This document shows, one piece after another, positions 49,016 to 58,632 of a stretch of 64,000 nt of DNA. Source of the stretch: an uncultured Candidatus Saccharibacteria bacterium (GTDB taxonomy: Bacteria; Patescibacteriota; Minisyncoccia; UBA6257; 2-01-FULL-56-20); contig CAYIOP010000001.1 of the NCBI GenBank assembly GCA_964365185.1, forward strand, positions 112,673-176,672. The letters run 5' to 3'. The notes beneath the pieces were generated by a model. The model searched no databases. It had not been told where the DNA came from and saw only the letters and a program-made list of their open reading frames with translations. The position numbers were made by a program, and so were the translations under genes. Every line of letters begins with the position of its first letter. The first letter of the stretch is position 1.

Positions 49016-49044
49016 AAAAGGCCCTTTATTTTAAAGGCCTTTTA
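49016..49044. terminator. Bidirectional intrinsic terminator
   Basis: AAAAGGCC-loop-GGCCTTTT. Confidence 0.65.
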
Positions 49045-49098
49045 GCCAGAAGCTAAAAAAATATCCACAAGTTATCCTGTAGGGCGAGAAAATAGGAT

Positions 49099-49440
49099 TT
49101 AGGATTCAGAATTTAGGATTTCGTCGATTTTAGCGGCTAAAATAAAGTCGTTTTCAGATAAACCACCAATCGCATGCGTCCAAAGTTCAACTTTGACTTT
49201 GCCGTATGTAAGGAAAATATCTGGATGATGATTTTCGCTCTCAGCAATTTCTCCGATTTTGTTTACAAAACTTAGCGCTTCTTTGAAATTCTTGAATTTG
49301 AAATCCGCGTAAATTCTTTTTGGTTCAAGCTGCCAATTTGAAGAAACTTGTTGCAATAATTTTTTTGACTCTTCAATGGTTAAGGGCGGCACTCCCCCTT
49401 CGCAAGGAACACATTTTTTCTGGAATAGTTTTATTATCAT
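49099..49440 (-). CDS. Pterin-4a-carbinolamine dehydratase
   Basis: EGGVPPLTIEESKKLL...ENHHPDIFLTYGKVKVELWTHAIGGLSENDF, with the PCD [EDKH]xHP signature. Confidence 0.8.
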   Translation of the reverse strand: MIIKLFQKKCVPCEGGVPPLTIEESKKLLQQVSSNWQLEPKRIYADFKFKNFKEALSFVNKIGEIAESENHHPDIFLTYGKVKVELWTHAIGGLSENDFILAAKIDEILNSES

Positions 49441-49506
49441 TTTATTTTAGTTTACCCCAAATCAAAAACCGCGCAAGCGGCGGTTTTTGATTTATTTTAT
49501 TCTCCA

Positions 49507-49887
49507 CTATTTAAACCACTCTTTAAAGCTCTTTGGCCAACCTAAGAGAAAAAGGAGGGCGAGAGGCGCGCTCCAATTGGCGAAGCGTTCAATAAAATCC
49601 CAAATTGGCAAACCAACGAGGGGTCGAACGAGAGCCGTCCAAAATCCCCAGAAGGCTGCCCAAAGAAGAAAAATGCGAATTGGTTTGGTAAGAACAATAA
49701 TGGCTACAAGAATATCGAAGAGGCCAACTAGCGTCAGAAGAGTGGCTGAAGTATCGGCGTTCGCGCCAGTTAGCTGACCGACCCATTTAATCCAATCCGC
49801 CTTGCCCTGAAGAGCAAAGACACCGTGACCCAAAAACTCACCAGCCACACCAATCTTCAGAATCCACTCGATAGTTTTAGAATTCAT
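49507..49887 (-). CDS. DoxX-family membrane protein
   Basis: 126 aa with four TM helices. DoxX-like layout. Confidence 0.5.
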   Translation of the reverse strand: MNSKTIEWILKIGVAGEFLGHGVFALQGKADWIKWVGQLTGANADTSATLLTLVGLFDILVAIIVLTKPIRIFLLWAAFWGFWTALVRPLVGLPIWDFIERFANWSAPLALLFLLGWPKSFKEWFK

Positions 49888-50044
49888 TTTAGATTTTCAC
49901 TTGCGACCTTTTACTAATTATACCCCGTAGGAAATGATGAGAAAATAGTTAAATATTTTTGAATCAATAAAACTTTAAACTAAATGTGTTGTTCACTAAA
50001 AAAATAGGCAAGACGAGTAAGAGTGATTGAAAATATTTTATTTC

Positions 50045-50716
50045 CTACGGGGTAGACCAGTTTTGATACCACTCGCGCATCTGATTAATTTCAGCGGTTT
50101 GCGCCTGGATAATATCTTGAGCGAGTTTTTTAATCTCATCGCGATTGGAAGAAACTGCCATCATCTGGGCCATCATTACGGCCATTTGATGATGAGGAAT
50201 CATCTGTCGGATAAACTCGGCGTCAAAATCTTTAGCGCTCCCCAATGCTTCAAGATCCGTCTGGTCGCCCATCATGCCGCCCATCATTATGCCGGGCGAG
50301 TGATTCATCATCGAGTGGCCAAGATAGGTGACCGAATCAGGAACATCCGAGCCGTACCAATTTTTATACCAGCTTCGCATTTCATTAATTTCCTGGGTTT
50401 GAGCGACAATAATCATTTGAGATAGAGTTTTAATTTCAACTCTTTTGGATTTTTGAAGCGCGAGATTAGCCATGACAATCGCGTCTTCGTGGTGCGGAAT
50501 CATCTGCTCAATGAAGTGGCGATCTAGATCATTCATTGGATTACGATTGCCTCCCATCATATTATTCTGATTGCCACCGCCCATCATGTAGTTGTTCATC
50601 ATGTTCGGATACCGGGAATTTAAACCAACAGAAGCCAGCGATGGAAAAACATTAACTAGGACAACACCAACTAATATGCCGACGATTACGTAAATATAAT
50701 TGTTATTATTTTGCAT
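50045..50716 (-). CDS. DUF305 domain protein with a Met/Asn/Gly-rich region
   Basis: Two DUF305 repeats (MIPHHEDAIVMA..; MIPHHQMAVMMA..) and an MMNNYMMGGGNQNNMMGGNRNPM segment. Confidence 0.7.
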   Translation of the reverse strand: MQNNNNYIYVIVGILVGVVLVNVFPSLASVGLNSRYPNMMNNYMMGGGNQNNMMGGNRNPMNDLDRHFIEQMIPHHEDAIVMANLALQKSKRVEIKTLSQMIIVAQTQEINEMRSWYKNWYGSDVPDSVTYLGHSMMNHSPGIMMGGMMGDQTDLEALGSAKDFDAEFIRQMIPHHQMAVMMAQMMAVSSNRDEIKKLAQDIIQAQTAEINQMREWYQNWSTP

Positions 50717-50833
50717 TTGATTTTTTACCCTCCAATTTTTTAAACAAAGTTTTGGAAGGTGAATCTATAACGACTCCCTACTATCGACCCCTTAGTACGG
50801 GATTTCGCCGTCCTTTAGGTCTAGGGATTTTTA

Positions 50834-53023
50834 CTAAGGACGGCTCAACTTGCTTCTACGCAATAAGACCGCGTTTATAGACACGATCACGGTTGAAAGA
50901 GACATTAAGACCGCGGCGAAAGCTGGGGCCAGCGTAATACCTTGATTCCAGAGAACGCCGGCGGCAAGCGGGATGGCCACCACATTGTAGCCCGTGGCCC
51001 AAAAAAGATTTTGAATCATTTTTCGGTAAGTGAGTCGAGAAAGTTTGATGATTTTAACAATGTCACGAGGATCGTTTTTAACCAAGATGATGCCGGCGGA
51101 CTCGATGGCCACATTAGTGCCGGCGCCGATGGCAATGCCCAAATCTGCTTGAACCAAAGCCGGGGCGTCGTTGATGCCATCCCCCACCATTACTACTTTA
51201 CTGCCTTTCATTTGGAGCAACTTAACTTTTTCAGATTTATCCTGCGGCAAAACGCGGGCAAAGTATTCATCAATTCCCAAATCCTCGGCTACCCATTTGG
51301 CAACTTCTTCCGAATCACCGGTAATCATCGCTACTTTTATATTCATCTCCTTAAGCAACTTGATGGCTTCACGGGATTCTTCACGGATAATATCAGCCAG
51401 CCCCAAAGCGCCGAGTAATTGATTGTTTTCCAAAACATAGATAATGGTTTTTCCTTTTTTGGATTCACTGGTAATTTTAGATTTGATTTCAGAGGGTAAA
51501 ATGAAACTTTGTTCCAAAATTGCGTGACCACCAACCAAAATTTTTCGGTTGTCTATTTTGCCCTCAACACCCTTACCAGGAAGACGCTTAAAGTCACCGA
51601 CTGAATCGATTTTCAGGTTTCTTTTTTTGGCTTCAGCCACAATAGCTTTGGAAATTGGATGCTCGGAGTGGGAATCAACGGCCGCGGCGATTTGAATAAG
51701 CTCGTTTTCGGATTTGGACTGATTAAACCCTCCTCCGCTAAAGCTTTGGCTGGCAAGCCAAATATCAGTGATACCATACTCGCCTTTAGTTAAGGTGCCG
51801 GTCTTATCGAATAAAACGATATTAATCGAACGGGCCATTTCAAGCGCCAGACGATTTTTAATTAGGAATCCGTTTCGAGCAGCCATGGTGGTGGAAATGG
51901 AAGCCACAAGCGGGACAGCTAATCCCAAGGCATGGGGGCAAGCAATCACAAGCACTGCTACCATCCTCTCAAGCGCGAAATCAAAACCGGATTTCGCCAT
52001 CAGCCAAAGAATAAACGACAAACCGCCGGAGGCGATGGCAATGATGGTTAAATAGTAGGCCGCTCGATCGGAGAGAATTTGAAGTTTAGATTTTGAGGCC
52101 TGGGCTTCACGAACCAAGCGCATCACGCCAGAGAGAAAGGTGTGTTCACCGATTTTGGTAACTTTGATTTTAAGCGAGCCGTCGCCATTCACTGTGCCGG
52201 CAATAACTTCGGAATTTTCTTTTTTAGGAACTAAGGCGGACTCGCCGGTAATCATTGACTCATTGGTTTCGGATTTGCCTTCAATAACAATGCCATCGGT
52301 TGGAATCCGGGCACCGGGCCGAACAAAAACTATATCCCCTTCTTTAATTTCGCTAAGTGGAATAGTTTTTTGCTCGCCGCCCCGAATAACTTCGGCTGAA
52401 TCCGGCAAGAGCTTGGAGAGTTCTTTGAGCGCCCCTTGAGCGCCTTTCACCGCTCTCATCTCAATCCAGTGGCCCAAGAGCATAACCGTGATAAGCGTGG
52501 TGAGTTCCCAAAACAATGTTTCGCCCTCTCCTTTAATCGTCACAAAAACGCTGTAGCCATAAGCCGTGGTGATAGCGAGAGCAATTAATGTCATCATGCC
52601 GGGAAGTTTGGCTTGGATTTCTCTTAAGGCGCTCATAAGAAAAATCATACCGGCATAGAAGAAAACAAATGAACCCAAAACAAAAGGCAAGAATTTTGAA
52701 CCGGGAAAATCTGGGGCTTCGATTTTTAGGACATGGAGGGCAAAATCAGAATAAAGAATAACAGGAACAGACAAGACCAAACTAATCCAGAATTTTTTCA
52801 GGAATTGTTCGGTGGAGTGGCCAGCGTGCTTGCCCTCCCCGTGCTGCGTGTTTTGTTTTTCATGCTTCATAATTAGCGCCATCCCGCACTCCGGACACAT
52901 GCCGGGTTGATCTTGTTTGATTTCCGGATGCATCGGGCAAGTGTAATAAGCCGAGCTGTTTGTGTTTGCTGGTTTTGAGTCCTGATTTTTTTGGTCAGGA
53001 TGACAACAAGAGTGGTCTTTCAT
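50834..53023 (-). CDS. Heavy-metal translocating P1B-type ATPase (CPH motif, CopB-like; N-terminal CxxC/His-rich metal-binding region)
   Basis: N-terminal CCHP...CPMHPE...CPECGM, TGES, the TM6 CPH motif (IACPHALGLA), DKTGTLT, GDGINDAP. Confidence 0.9.
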   Translation of the reverse strand: MKDHSCCHPDQKNQDSKPANTNSSAYYTCPMHPEIKQDQPGMCPECGMALIMKHEKQNTQHGEGKHAGHSTEQFLKKFWISLVLSVPVILYSDFALHVLKIEAPDFPGSKFLPFVLGSFVFFYAGMIFLMSALREIQAKLPGMMTLIALAITTAYGYSVFVTIKGEGETLFWELTTLITVMLLGHWIEMRAVKGAQGALKELSKLLPDSAEVIRGGEQKTIPLSEIKEGDIVFVRPGARIPTDGIVIEGKSETNESMITGESALVPKKENSEVIAGTVNGDGSLKIKVTKIGEHTFLSGVMRLVREAQASKSKLQILSDRAAYYLTIIAIASGGLSFILWLMAKSGFDFALERMVAVLVIACPHALGLAVPLVASISTTMAARNGFLIKNRLALEMARSINIVLFDKTGTLTKGEYGITDIWLASQSFSGGGFNQSKSENELIQIAAAVDSHSEHPISKAIVAEAKKRNLKIDSVGDFKRLPGKGVEGKIDNRKILVGGHAILEQSFILPSEIKSKITSESKKGKTIIYVLENNQLLGALGLADIIREESREAIKLLKEMNIKVAMITGDSEEVAKWVAEDLGIDEYFARVLPQDKSEKVKLLQMKGSKVVMVGDGINDAPALVQADLGIAIGAGTNVAIESAGIILVKNDPRDIVKIIKLSRLTYRKMIQNLFWATGYNVVAIPLAAGVLWNQGITLAPAFAAVLMSLSTVIVSINAVLLRRSKLSRP

Positions 53024-53026
53024 GAA

Positions 53027-53299
53027 TTACTTTTTTTCAGTGAATTTATTATGGAGAACAGAAAAAACCAAAGCCGTGAGATAAGTATAGAACATAACCT
53101 GTACGAGCGCTGCTAATGAACCGCCAAGGGTTACATTTTGGCCGCGGGCGAGCCCATCGGTATTAGTTAAGTGCAACAACCAACCCAGGAATTGAGTGGA
53201 GGTTTCAGGGAAAAGGGCGACAAAGATCGTGCAAATAATATAGACGATGCCCATAGTTATCATGGCGGCTAAGGCAAATTTTTGAGTTTGAAGTTTCAT
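53027..53299 (-). CDS. Small membrane protein
   Basis: 90 aa with three TM helices, directly downstream of the ATPase. Confidence 0.4.
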   Translation of the reverse strand: MKLQTQKFALAAMITMGIVYIICTIFVALFPETSTQFLGWLLHLTNTDGLARGQNVTLGGSLAALVQVMFYTYLTALVFSVLHNKFTEKK

Positions 53300-53324
53300 G
53301 ATTTTTATTTTTGTTATGACCTTT

Positions 53325-53789
53325 TTAATTATTTTTTAGATTCCAAATAAATTTTCTTTCTTCTATTCCGCCGACCCGACTGATAATAAGAGTAATAGAT
53401 TGAATTAAACTACTCAACGATTTAAATTTTAACACGCCGGCGCGATGGTGGCCCCCGGGAGGATCCCCTTCCCAATTTGAAGGATTTATAACTTCGCCGG
53501 AGTCCAATATGAGCTTTGATGCCAAAACCATATCTTCTGATAATTCAACCGAGTGAGTGTTTAAGTCAACTTCAAATGACCGCTCTGATAAATTAGGCGC
53601 TAGATTAATTGGGGTGACGCTGACTTCAACACCCCCTTCGTTTGAGGTGATAGTTTGCAAGGCGAATGGATTCTCATTTAAAGTCGGCGGAGTAGTATTG
53701 TTGTTTTTATCGGAACGACTGCTTAAAACCAGCCCGAAGGCAACAATAATCACGATGACGTTAGCAAGTAGCAAGATTCGACTCTTCAT
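53325..53789 (-). CDS. Secreted/anchored hypothetical protein with a GGHH motif
   Basis: N-terminal TM, beta-rich region, WEGDPPGGHHRAG. Confidence 0.4.
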   Translation of the reverse strand: MKSRILLLANVIVIIVAFGLVLSSRSDKNNNTTPPTLNENPFALQTITSNEGGVEVSVTPINLAPNLSERSFEVDLNTHSVELSEDMVLASKLILDSGEVINPSNWEGDPPGGHHRAGVLKFKSLSSLIQSITLIISRVGGIEERKFIWNLKNN

Positions 53790-54210
53790 GCTTTTTGAAT
53801 TGGATGATTTTTCTTAATATGTAGACGATCCCGAAAAAATTAAAGAGAAGGCCTACGTAAAATATTTCGACCTGGTATTGGGATACAAAAACTACGACTC
53901 CGGTAGTTCCCAGAATTGGTAAAATATTCGCGAGATAATGAGTGCAGCAAGAAATCATCGCGGCCGTAGAGGTGGTGCCTGAAACAGCCAAAACTTTTTT
54001 GGAAGCCATCTGTTTGATGGAATTCTTAAGATATGAGTAGAGGCCGATTTGAATTCCGAAGCCGAAAGATAAACTTAAAATGAAATACCAAAACTCAGAG
54101 AATTGACTTTGAGCAAAATCAAAACTTGAAATCAAGCTGACTAATCCAAAATAAACTCCGATAAGAATAAAGGACGCGACAAAACCTTTAAGAATGGATT
54201 TAGTAATCAT
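53761..54210 (-). CDS. Polytopic membrane protein with a vicinal Cys pair (MISCCTHY)
   Basis: 149-aa ORF with about 4 TM helices, overlapping neighbours in the operon. Confidence 0.45.
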   Translation of the reverse strand: MITKSILKGFVASFILIGVYFGLVSLISSFDFAQSQFSEFWYFILSLSFGFGIQIGLYSYLKNSIKQMASKKVLAVSGTTSTAAMISCCTHYLANILPILGTTGVVVFVSQYQVEIFYVGLLFNFFGIVYILRKIIQFKKHEESNLATC

Positions 54211-54221
54211 TCTTAATTAAT

Positions 54222-55148
54222 TTAGACCCCACAACCGCCTTCACTTTTTCTCTCGACTGGTTGAGTTTGTTTTAAGATGTTGGCGTAGCCGTAGGCGCTG
54301 GAGTAATTGATTCCCAAGATTTCTTTCGGGTCAGCTGTCGCTAAACTCATATCTTTCATTTTAAGATACTTATCGATTGTGAGGTAGGTGTCGGGAAACC
54401 AATAAGAATTTACTTGGAGCGCGACTTGATACATCTCCTTTTCGGTGGCTCCGTTCGCGACCATAAGCTCAAGCAGGCCAAGCATGGCCATGCCGTGGTT
54501 GCAATCTGGAAAGTAAGTGGAGTTGCCACAACAGGGACGGTAGATACCCTTTGAGACCTCTTCGGCTAAAAGTTGCTGATCAGGAGTAAGCTTAATGAAT
54601 TCATGTTTTGAGTAATGATTCATTGGATTGCCTCTAGCAAGTGTCCAGCCGCCGGTCGAAGCGAAATTTTCCGCTCCGCCATATTGCGTGTCCTGCATTG
54701 GGCCTTTCTCTAGGATTGGATTTTTATTAGCTAAACCAAAAGCCCAGAGAAGGTTTAACCAAAAAGCGGAGTTTCTTTCGGTCATTATGATTTTGCCGCT
54801 CACGAGTCCGCTCAAAAGTTCTTTTTCCTCTGGAGTCAGGCCACCACGACCGGCATAGAGCGACTCAAACTTTGACGCGTCAATCACGCCCGTCTCAACC
54901 AGCTTACCGCCAAGATCTTGCCATTTTATCGGCAGCTCAACGCCTTCGGTTCGCAAAACCTCATTTTCTGAATTTACTGCTTCATTATTCTGATTTGAAT
55001 CAGCGCTAGATTTTTTTTGGGCGTTTTTGCCAATAGCGTAGATTTGAGTAAGTGCTAAAACCGCCACCGCTAAAATCGCAATCCATTTCCAGGAACTCCC
55101 CTCTTTGGGATGATGCGTGATTTCAAGATTTTCTTTTTGTTCTTCCAT
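54222..55148 (-). CDS. TM-anchored hypothetical protein with a PCCGNSTYFPDC motif and C-terminal GGCG
   Basis: 308-aa ORF with an N-terminal TM helix. Confidence 0.45.
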   Translation of the reverse strand: MEEQKENLEITHHPKEGSSWKWIAILAVAVLALTQIYAIGKNAQKKSSADSNQNNEAVNSENEVLRTEGVELPIKWQDLGGKLVETGVIDASKFESLYAGRGGLTPEEKELLSGLVSGKIIMTERNSAFWLNLLWAFGLANKNPILEKGPMQDTQYGGAENFASTGGWTLARGNPMNHYSKHEFIKLTPDQQLLAEEVSKGIYRPCCGNSTYFPDCNHGMAMLGLLELMVANGATEKEMYQVALQVNSYWFPDTYLTIDKYLKMKDMSLATADPKEILGINYSSAYGYANILKQTQPVERKSEGGCGV

Positions 55149-55162
55149 ATTTTTATTTTAGT

Positions 55163-56074
55163 TTAATGACACGACGATTTAGTTTCAGTTTCATCTTTTT
55201 CGGCAACCACTTTTTCTTCTTTATCTTTCTTAAAGGCGCGATAAACCAAGTAGGCAAAAATTCCGGGGATAATAATCATCCAGATGATTTCTGGAATTCC
55301 TTTGGCGATTTCAAAGAAGCTAGTGGTAACCCGATTCAAGAAATTGCCAACCGCGACTTGAAATTCCGGCGCCCAATAGGCGTTGCCGGAGAAGCCCAAG
55401 ATAATCATGGTTACGCCAATTAAAAGAAAAATACCGGCAGCTAAGAGATTGGTTGAATGAACATAGTGGGTTTTATCTCCTAGTTTATATTCAATGATTT
55501 TGCCCTGAATCAGTTTGGATTTTTCCAGTTTAAACCGATCGTAGAAATAAGCGGCCAGGAAAAGCGGAAAAACCATGCCAAAGACATAGGCAAAGGTGAC
55601 GATGAGGGCTTTCCAAAAAACCCCGGAGACAACCGCGAGGGTGACCGCGCCGGCTAAAACCGGAGCACAACAAGAAGTGGCAGCGCCGGAGAGAATCCCC
55701 AGAAGAAAAACTGACTTAGGATGCGAGGCGTTTAGTTTGGGTTTAATTTTACTTAGCATCGGAATCATGGTGATGCTTTTGCCTAGGAGAGAGAAGATGG
55801 AGAGGAGAATCATAAACGTTCCGCCGATTAGATACATTTCTTTGTGGAAATCCTGAAAGATTTCCGCGAGCCAGGCCGCCCCAAGACCAATCGGGATGAG
55901 GACAACCGCAATGCCCAGAAAAAACAAAAGTGTCATCCGGATGATATTTTTCTTTTCCCGAAAAGCCGAGGCGAGATACGTAGGCAGAAGCACGGTGATG
56001 CAACACGGCGCAAAGAGCGCCACCATTCCGGCCAAAAAAGCCGCAAGGATTGAGGCGCTAAAGATTAGTTCCAT
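55163..56074 (-). CDS. DsbD/CcdA-superfamily transmembrane thiol-disulfide protein with vicinal-Cys variants (APCC..., TSCCAP)
   Basis: FLAGMVALFAPCCITVLLPTYLASAF resembles the CcdA TM1 Cys motif; a second SCCAPVLAGA motif lies in a later TM. About 8 TM helices. Confidence 0.5.
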   Translation of the reverse strand: MELIFSASILAAFLAGMVALFAPCCITVLLPTYLASAFREKKNIIRMTLLFFLGIAVVLIPIGLGAAWLAEIFQDFHKEMYLIGGTFMILLSIFSLLGKSITMIPMLSKIKPKLNASHPKSVFLLGILSGAATSCCAPVLAGAVTLAVVSGVFWKALIVTFAYVFGMVFPLFLAAYFYDRFKLEKSKLIQGKIIEYKLGDKTHYVHSTNLLAAGIFLLIGVTMIILGFSGNAYWAPEFQVAVGNFLNRVTTSFFEIAKGIPEIIWMIIIPGIFAYLVYRAFKKDKEEKVVAEKDETETKSSCH

Positions 56075-56075
56075 T

Positions 56076-56579
56076 TTAATTGGTGACAGTCGCGGTGAAA
56101 TCCAACTCGACTTTTGGAGTTTGAGTGGAGTTGGTTTCCAAATAAACCGTCCGATTGGCTAAACCAACGCCCGATGGGCCGTGCGCGGCCGGATTAAATA
56201 TGGCTTCTACTTGAACGGTTTCTCCAGCTTTAATTTCGATGCTGGCTTTTGAAGCAGCGCCGCCGTGACCGGGCATGCCGAATGGCCCTTCGGTTTCACC
56301 ACTCGCGCTGGTGATTTTGGCAACGGTGCACATGCAAGAGGTATAAACTTTGTTGATGACTACTGGTTCGGACCCCTCGTTTTTTACGGCGAAGACTTTT
56401 GAAACATCGCCATTTTTCATGCTAATGGTGCCGAAGTCAAAAGAATTTTCTAAGACAGAGAGAATACTGGCGGATTGAGTATTGGGAGTCGGGTTAGATT
56501 TTCCATTACTCACGAAAATAACTCCGACAATAGCAACCAGTAGAATGACGGCGAAAGTAATAATGTTGGATGGTTTCAT
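56076..56579 (-). CDS. DUF1573-like secreted protein
   Basis: N-terminal TM/signal, then a beta-sandwich-like domain with a TSCMCT motif. Confidence 0.45.
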   Translation of the reverse strand: MKPSNIITFAVILLVAIVGVIFVSNGKSNPTPNTQSASILSVLENSFDFGTISMKNGDVSKVFAVKNEGSEPVVINKVYTSCMCTVAKITSASGETEGPFGMPGHGGAASKASIEIKAGETVQVEAIFNPAAHGPSGVGLANRTVYLETNSTQTPKVELDFTATVTN

Positions 56580-56738
56580 AGTTCTTGCCCTCCTAAGTTT
56601 TGGTTCCCAAAATTTTGGAGGGTAAATTTTTGGTTTATTCGACTAAAATTTTTGAATACTGCGGCGAAACAATGAAAAAACACCTTAAACGAGGTGTTTC
56701 GGCGGCGCACTACAAAAGACGCTTTTCTAAAAAAGTGT

Positions 56739-57206
56739 CTAGCGCGCCGAAATCAAGGCGAGCGGGTAACGTTTATTTAAAATCGAAAGCCAGGCCAAGA
56801 AACGGGATTTAAATTCAAAAAGATTTTCTGAGAATTGAGTTTGGGATTTTTGTGAATATCGAATGAGTTTGAGCTTTATCTTGGCCGAAATCAAGGCGCC
56901 AATAATTAATGAGAAAGCAATGAGTAAAAGCGCGAAGATGCCGGATTGGTTCAAATTGGCCTGAATGGAATTTTGGAGATTGCCGAAGTGCTCCAAGGTA
57001 GAGCTAATGGGGTCAACAACTTGGGCGCAGGTACTCGACAAATCAAAAAGACAGGAATGATGAGTAGCGTGACTTTCGTGGGCTATGCTCGAAAAACCGA
57101 GGATGCTGACGGTTAAAAAAGCCAGAAGAATTATTAACCCTTGGGGTTTCATTAGTTTTATTTTATCCCTGTAGCGTGGAAAGTCAAATAATAAGATATT
57201 AGTCAA
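56739..57206 (-). CDS. Hypothetical membrane protein with a His-rich segment
   Basis: Two TM helices and an HESHATHHSCLFDLSSTCAQ segment. The start may be the internal Met. Confidence 0.4.
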   Translation of the reverse strand: MTNILLFDFPRYRDKIKLMKPQGLIILLAFLTVSILGFSSIAHESHATHHSCLFDLSSTCAQVVDPISSTLEHFGNLQNSIQANLNQSGIFALLLIAFSLIIGALISAKIKLKLIRYSQKSQTQFSENLFEFKSRFLAWLSILNKRYPLALISAR

Positions 57207-57798
57207 TCGGGACTAATTCACCGGCTTTAAGCCGGGCGTAGAAGCTTTTGGCGATACTGGGACTCTCCGAAAAAGGTTCATCTGGCGCGCGGTCAGCGTA
57301 ATTGGCTATCACTTGCCCATTTTTGATTTCAACCATTTGGGGAGCAATGCGGTCGCCAATCCAAATGGCATTGGTGCCAGTATATTTTCCATTATTGTTT
57401 ATGGCTACGGCCAAATAGTAAAAAGTGCCGGTGCCGCCGGGATTTTGCTGAATGAAGAAAGCGGCGTCGTTGTCGCCGTCAGCGTCGAGATCACCCGTGG
57501 TCGGCACACTGAAAATCCTGGTTTCAATCTTAGTGGCTGAACCCGGCTCAATTTCTTTCTCCGATTCACCGTTTATAAAAATGTATTTCTCGCTTTCAAT
57601 AATATAGGTGGCGTTCAGCGGGTCAGCGGCGGCAGGGGTATCGTCTAGATTTTCGATATCGGGAGTTTCTGAACTATCTTTGCTAAAATACCAAATTCCA
57701 GCAGCAATCACTACAATAACTAACGGAATTAAAATTTTCTTCGAAAATGATGTTTGAGTATCCATGGGGTTAATTTTACGCTTATTTCCAAAGTCCAA
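57199..57798 (-). CDS. TM-anchored hypothetical secreted protein
   Basis: 199-aa ORF with a TM at residues 20-40 and a D-rich region (DLDADGDNDAAF). Confidence 0.45.
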   Translation of the reverse strand: MDFGNKRKINPMDTQTSFSKKILIPLVIVVIAAGIWYFSKDSSETPDIENLDDTPAAADPLNATYIIESEKYIFINGESEKEIEPGSATKIETRIFSVPTTGDLDADGDNDAAFFIQQNPGGTGTFYYLAVAINNNGKYTGTNAIWIGDRIAPQMVEIKNGQVIANYADRAPDEPFSESPSIAKSFYARLKAGELVPID

Positions 57799-58198
57799 GG
57801 ATTAAACCAAAGGCGATGAAATTAATGAGTTGGTAGCCAGCTTGAATTAGAAACCTGGACCAGGAAACTTTTTTGGAGTCGTTGTTCCACATGGCACCGC
57901 TGGCGATAATCGGCATAACAAAAGCCGCCCAAATCCAGATTGAGTTTTCCAGACCCGAGGCGTCTTGTGAGCCCGAAATGTAATAAGCCAAAACCCACAC
58001 TTGAAAAAGGGTGAGTAGAAACTGGACGGCATAGAGCGGAGCGGCGCTCTTTTGCATTTTTTTTCTGGCTTCAACGTCGTCGGGATTCGCTCCCACAATT
58101 TCCATCCACTTTCGCCCAAAAATGGGCCCGTACCAAATGGCGCCGAGCGCCATCGAAAACACCGCGCAAACAATTACCGCTAAATAGTTTATTGTCAT
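57782..58198 (-). CDS. DUF1761-like membrane protein
   Basis: 138 aa with four TM helices. Confidence 0.45.
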   Translation of the reverse strand: MTINYLAVIVCAVFSMALGAIWYGPIFGRKWMEIVGANPDDVEARKKMQKSAAPLYAVQFLLTLFQVWVLAYYISGSQDASGLENSIWIWAAFVMPIIASGAMWNNDSKKVSWSRFLIQAGYQLINFIAFGLILGLWK

Positions 58199-58302
58199 AT
58201 TGATATTTTAATGGTTTTTATAAAAAGTCACGCTTGATATTATCGACCAATAGTTATATTGAAATTATAACAGTTTTTTAACAATGTGTATTGAATAGAA
58301 AA

Positions 58303-58608
58303 TTAGGCCATGATTCGAATTCGAAAAATAATATCATCCTCGTTTCCAAACCCTTCTTTTTTGCGTACTTGAGCTTTAAGAGGCAAAAGATATGTATCGG
58401 ATTTTTGGTCTGGAAAAATTGAGGTTTTCCAAGTAGTTTTACCGATTACAACAATAACTGGTAAAGATCCAAATCCTCGACTTACTTTTCCAAAATTTTC
58501 TTTTATTTCTTTGGCTTCTTTTTTAGGAATACTGACGAAATGCCATCCGGCCATACCGGGATAGAGCCAAACTCTGGTTTTGATTTTATATTCCTTTTTT
58601 TGAATCAT
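58303..58608 (-). CDS. DUF1905-like protein
   Basis: 101 aa starting YKIKTRVWLYPGMAGWHFVSIP. Confidence 0.5.
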   Translation of the reverse strand: MIQKKEYKIKTRVWLYPGMAGWHFVSIPKKEAKEIKENFGKVSRGFGSLPVIVVIGKTTWKTSIFPDQKSDTYLLPLKAQVRKKEGFGNEDDIIFRIRIMA

Positions 58609-58632
58609 AACTCAATAAAAAACGATTTTGGT

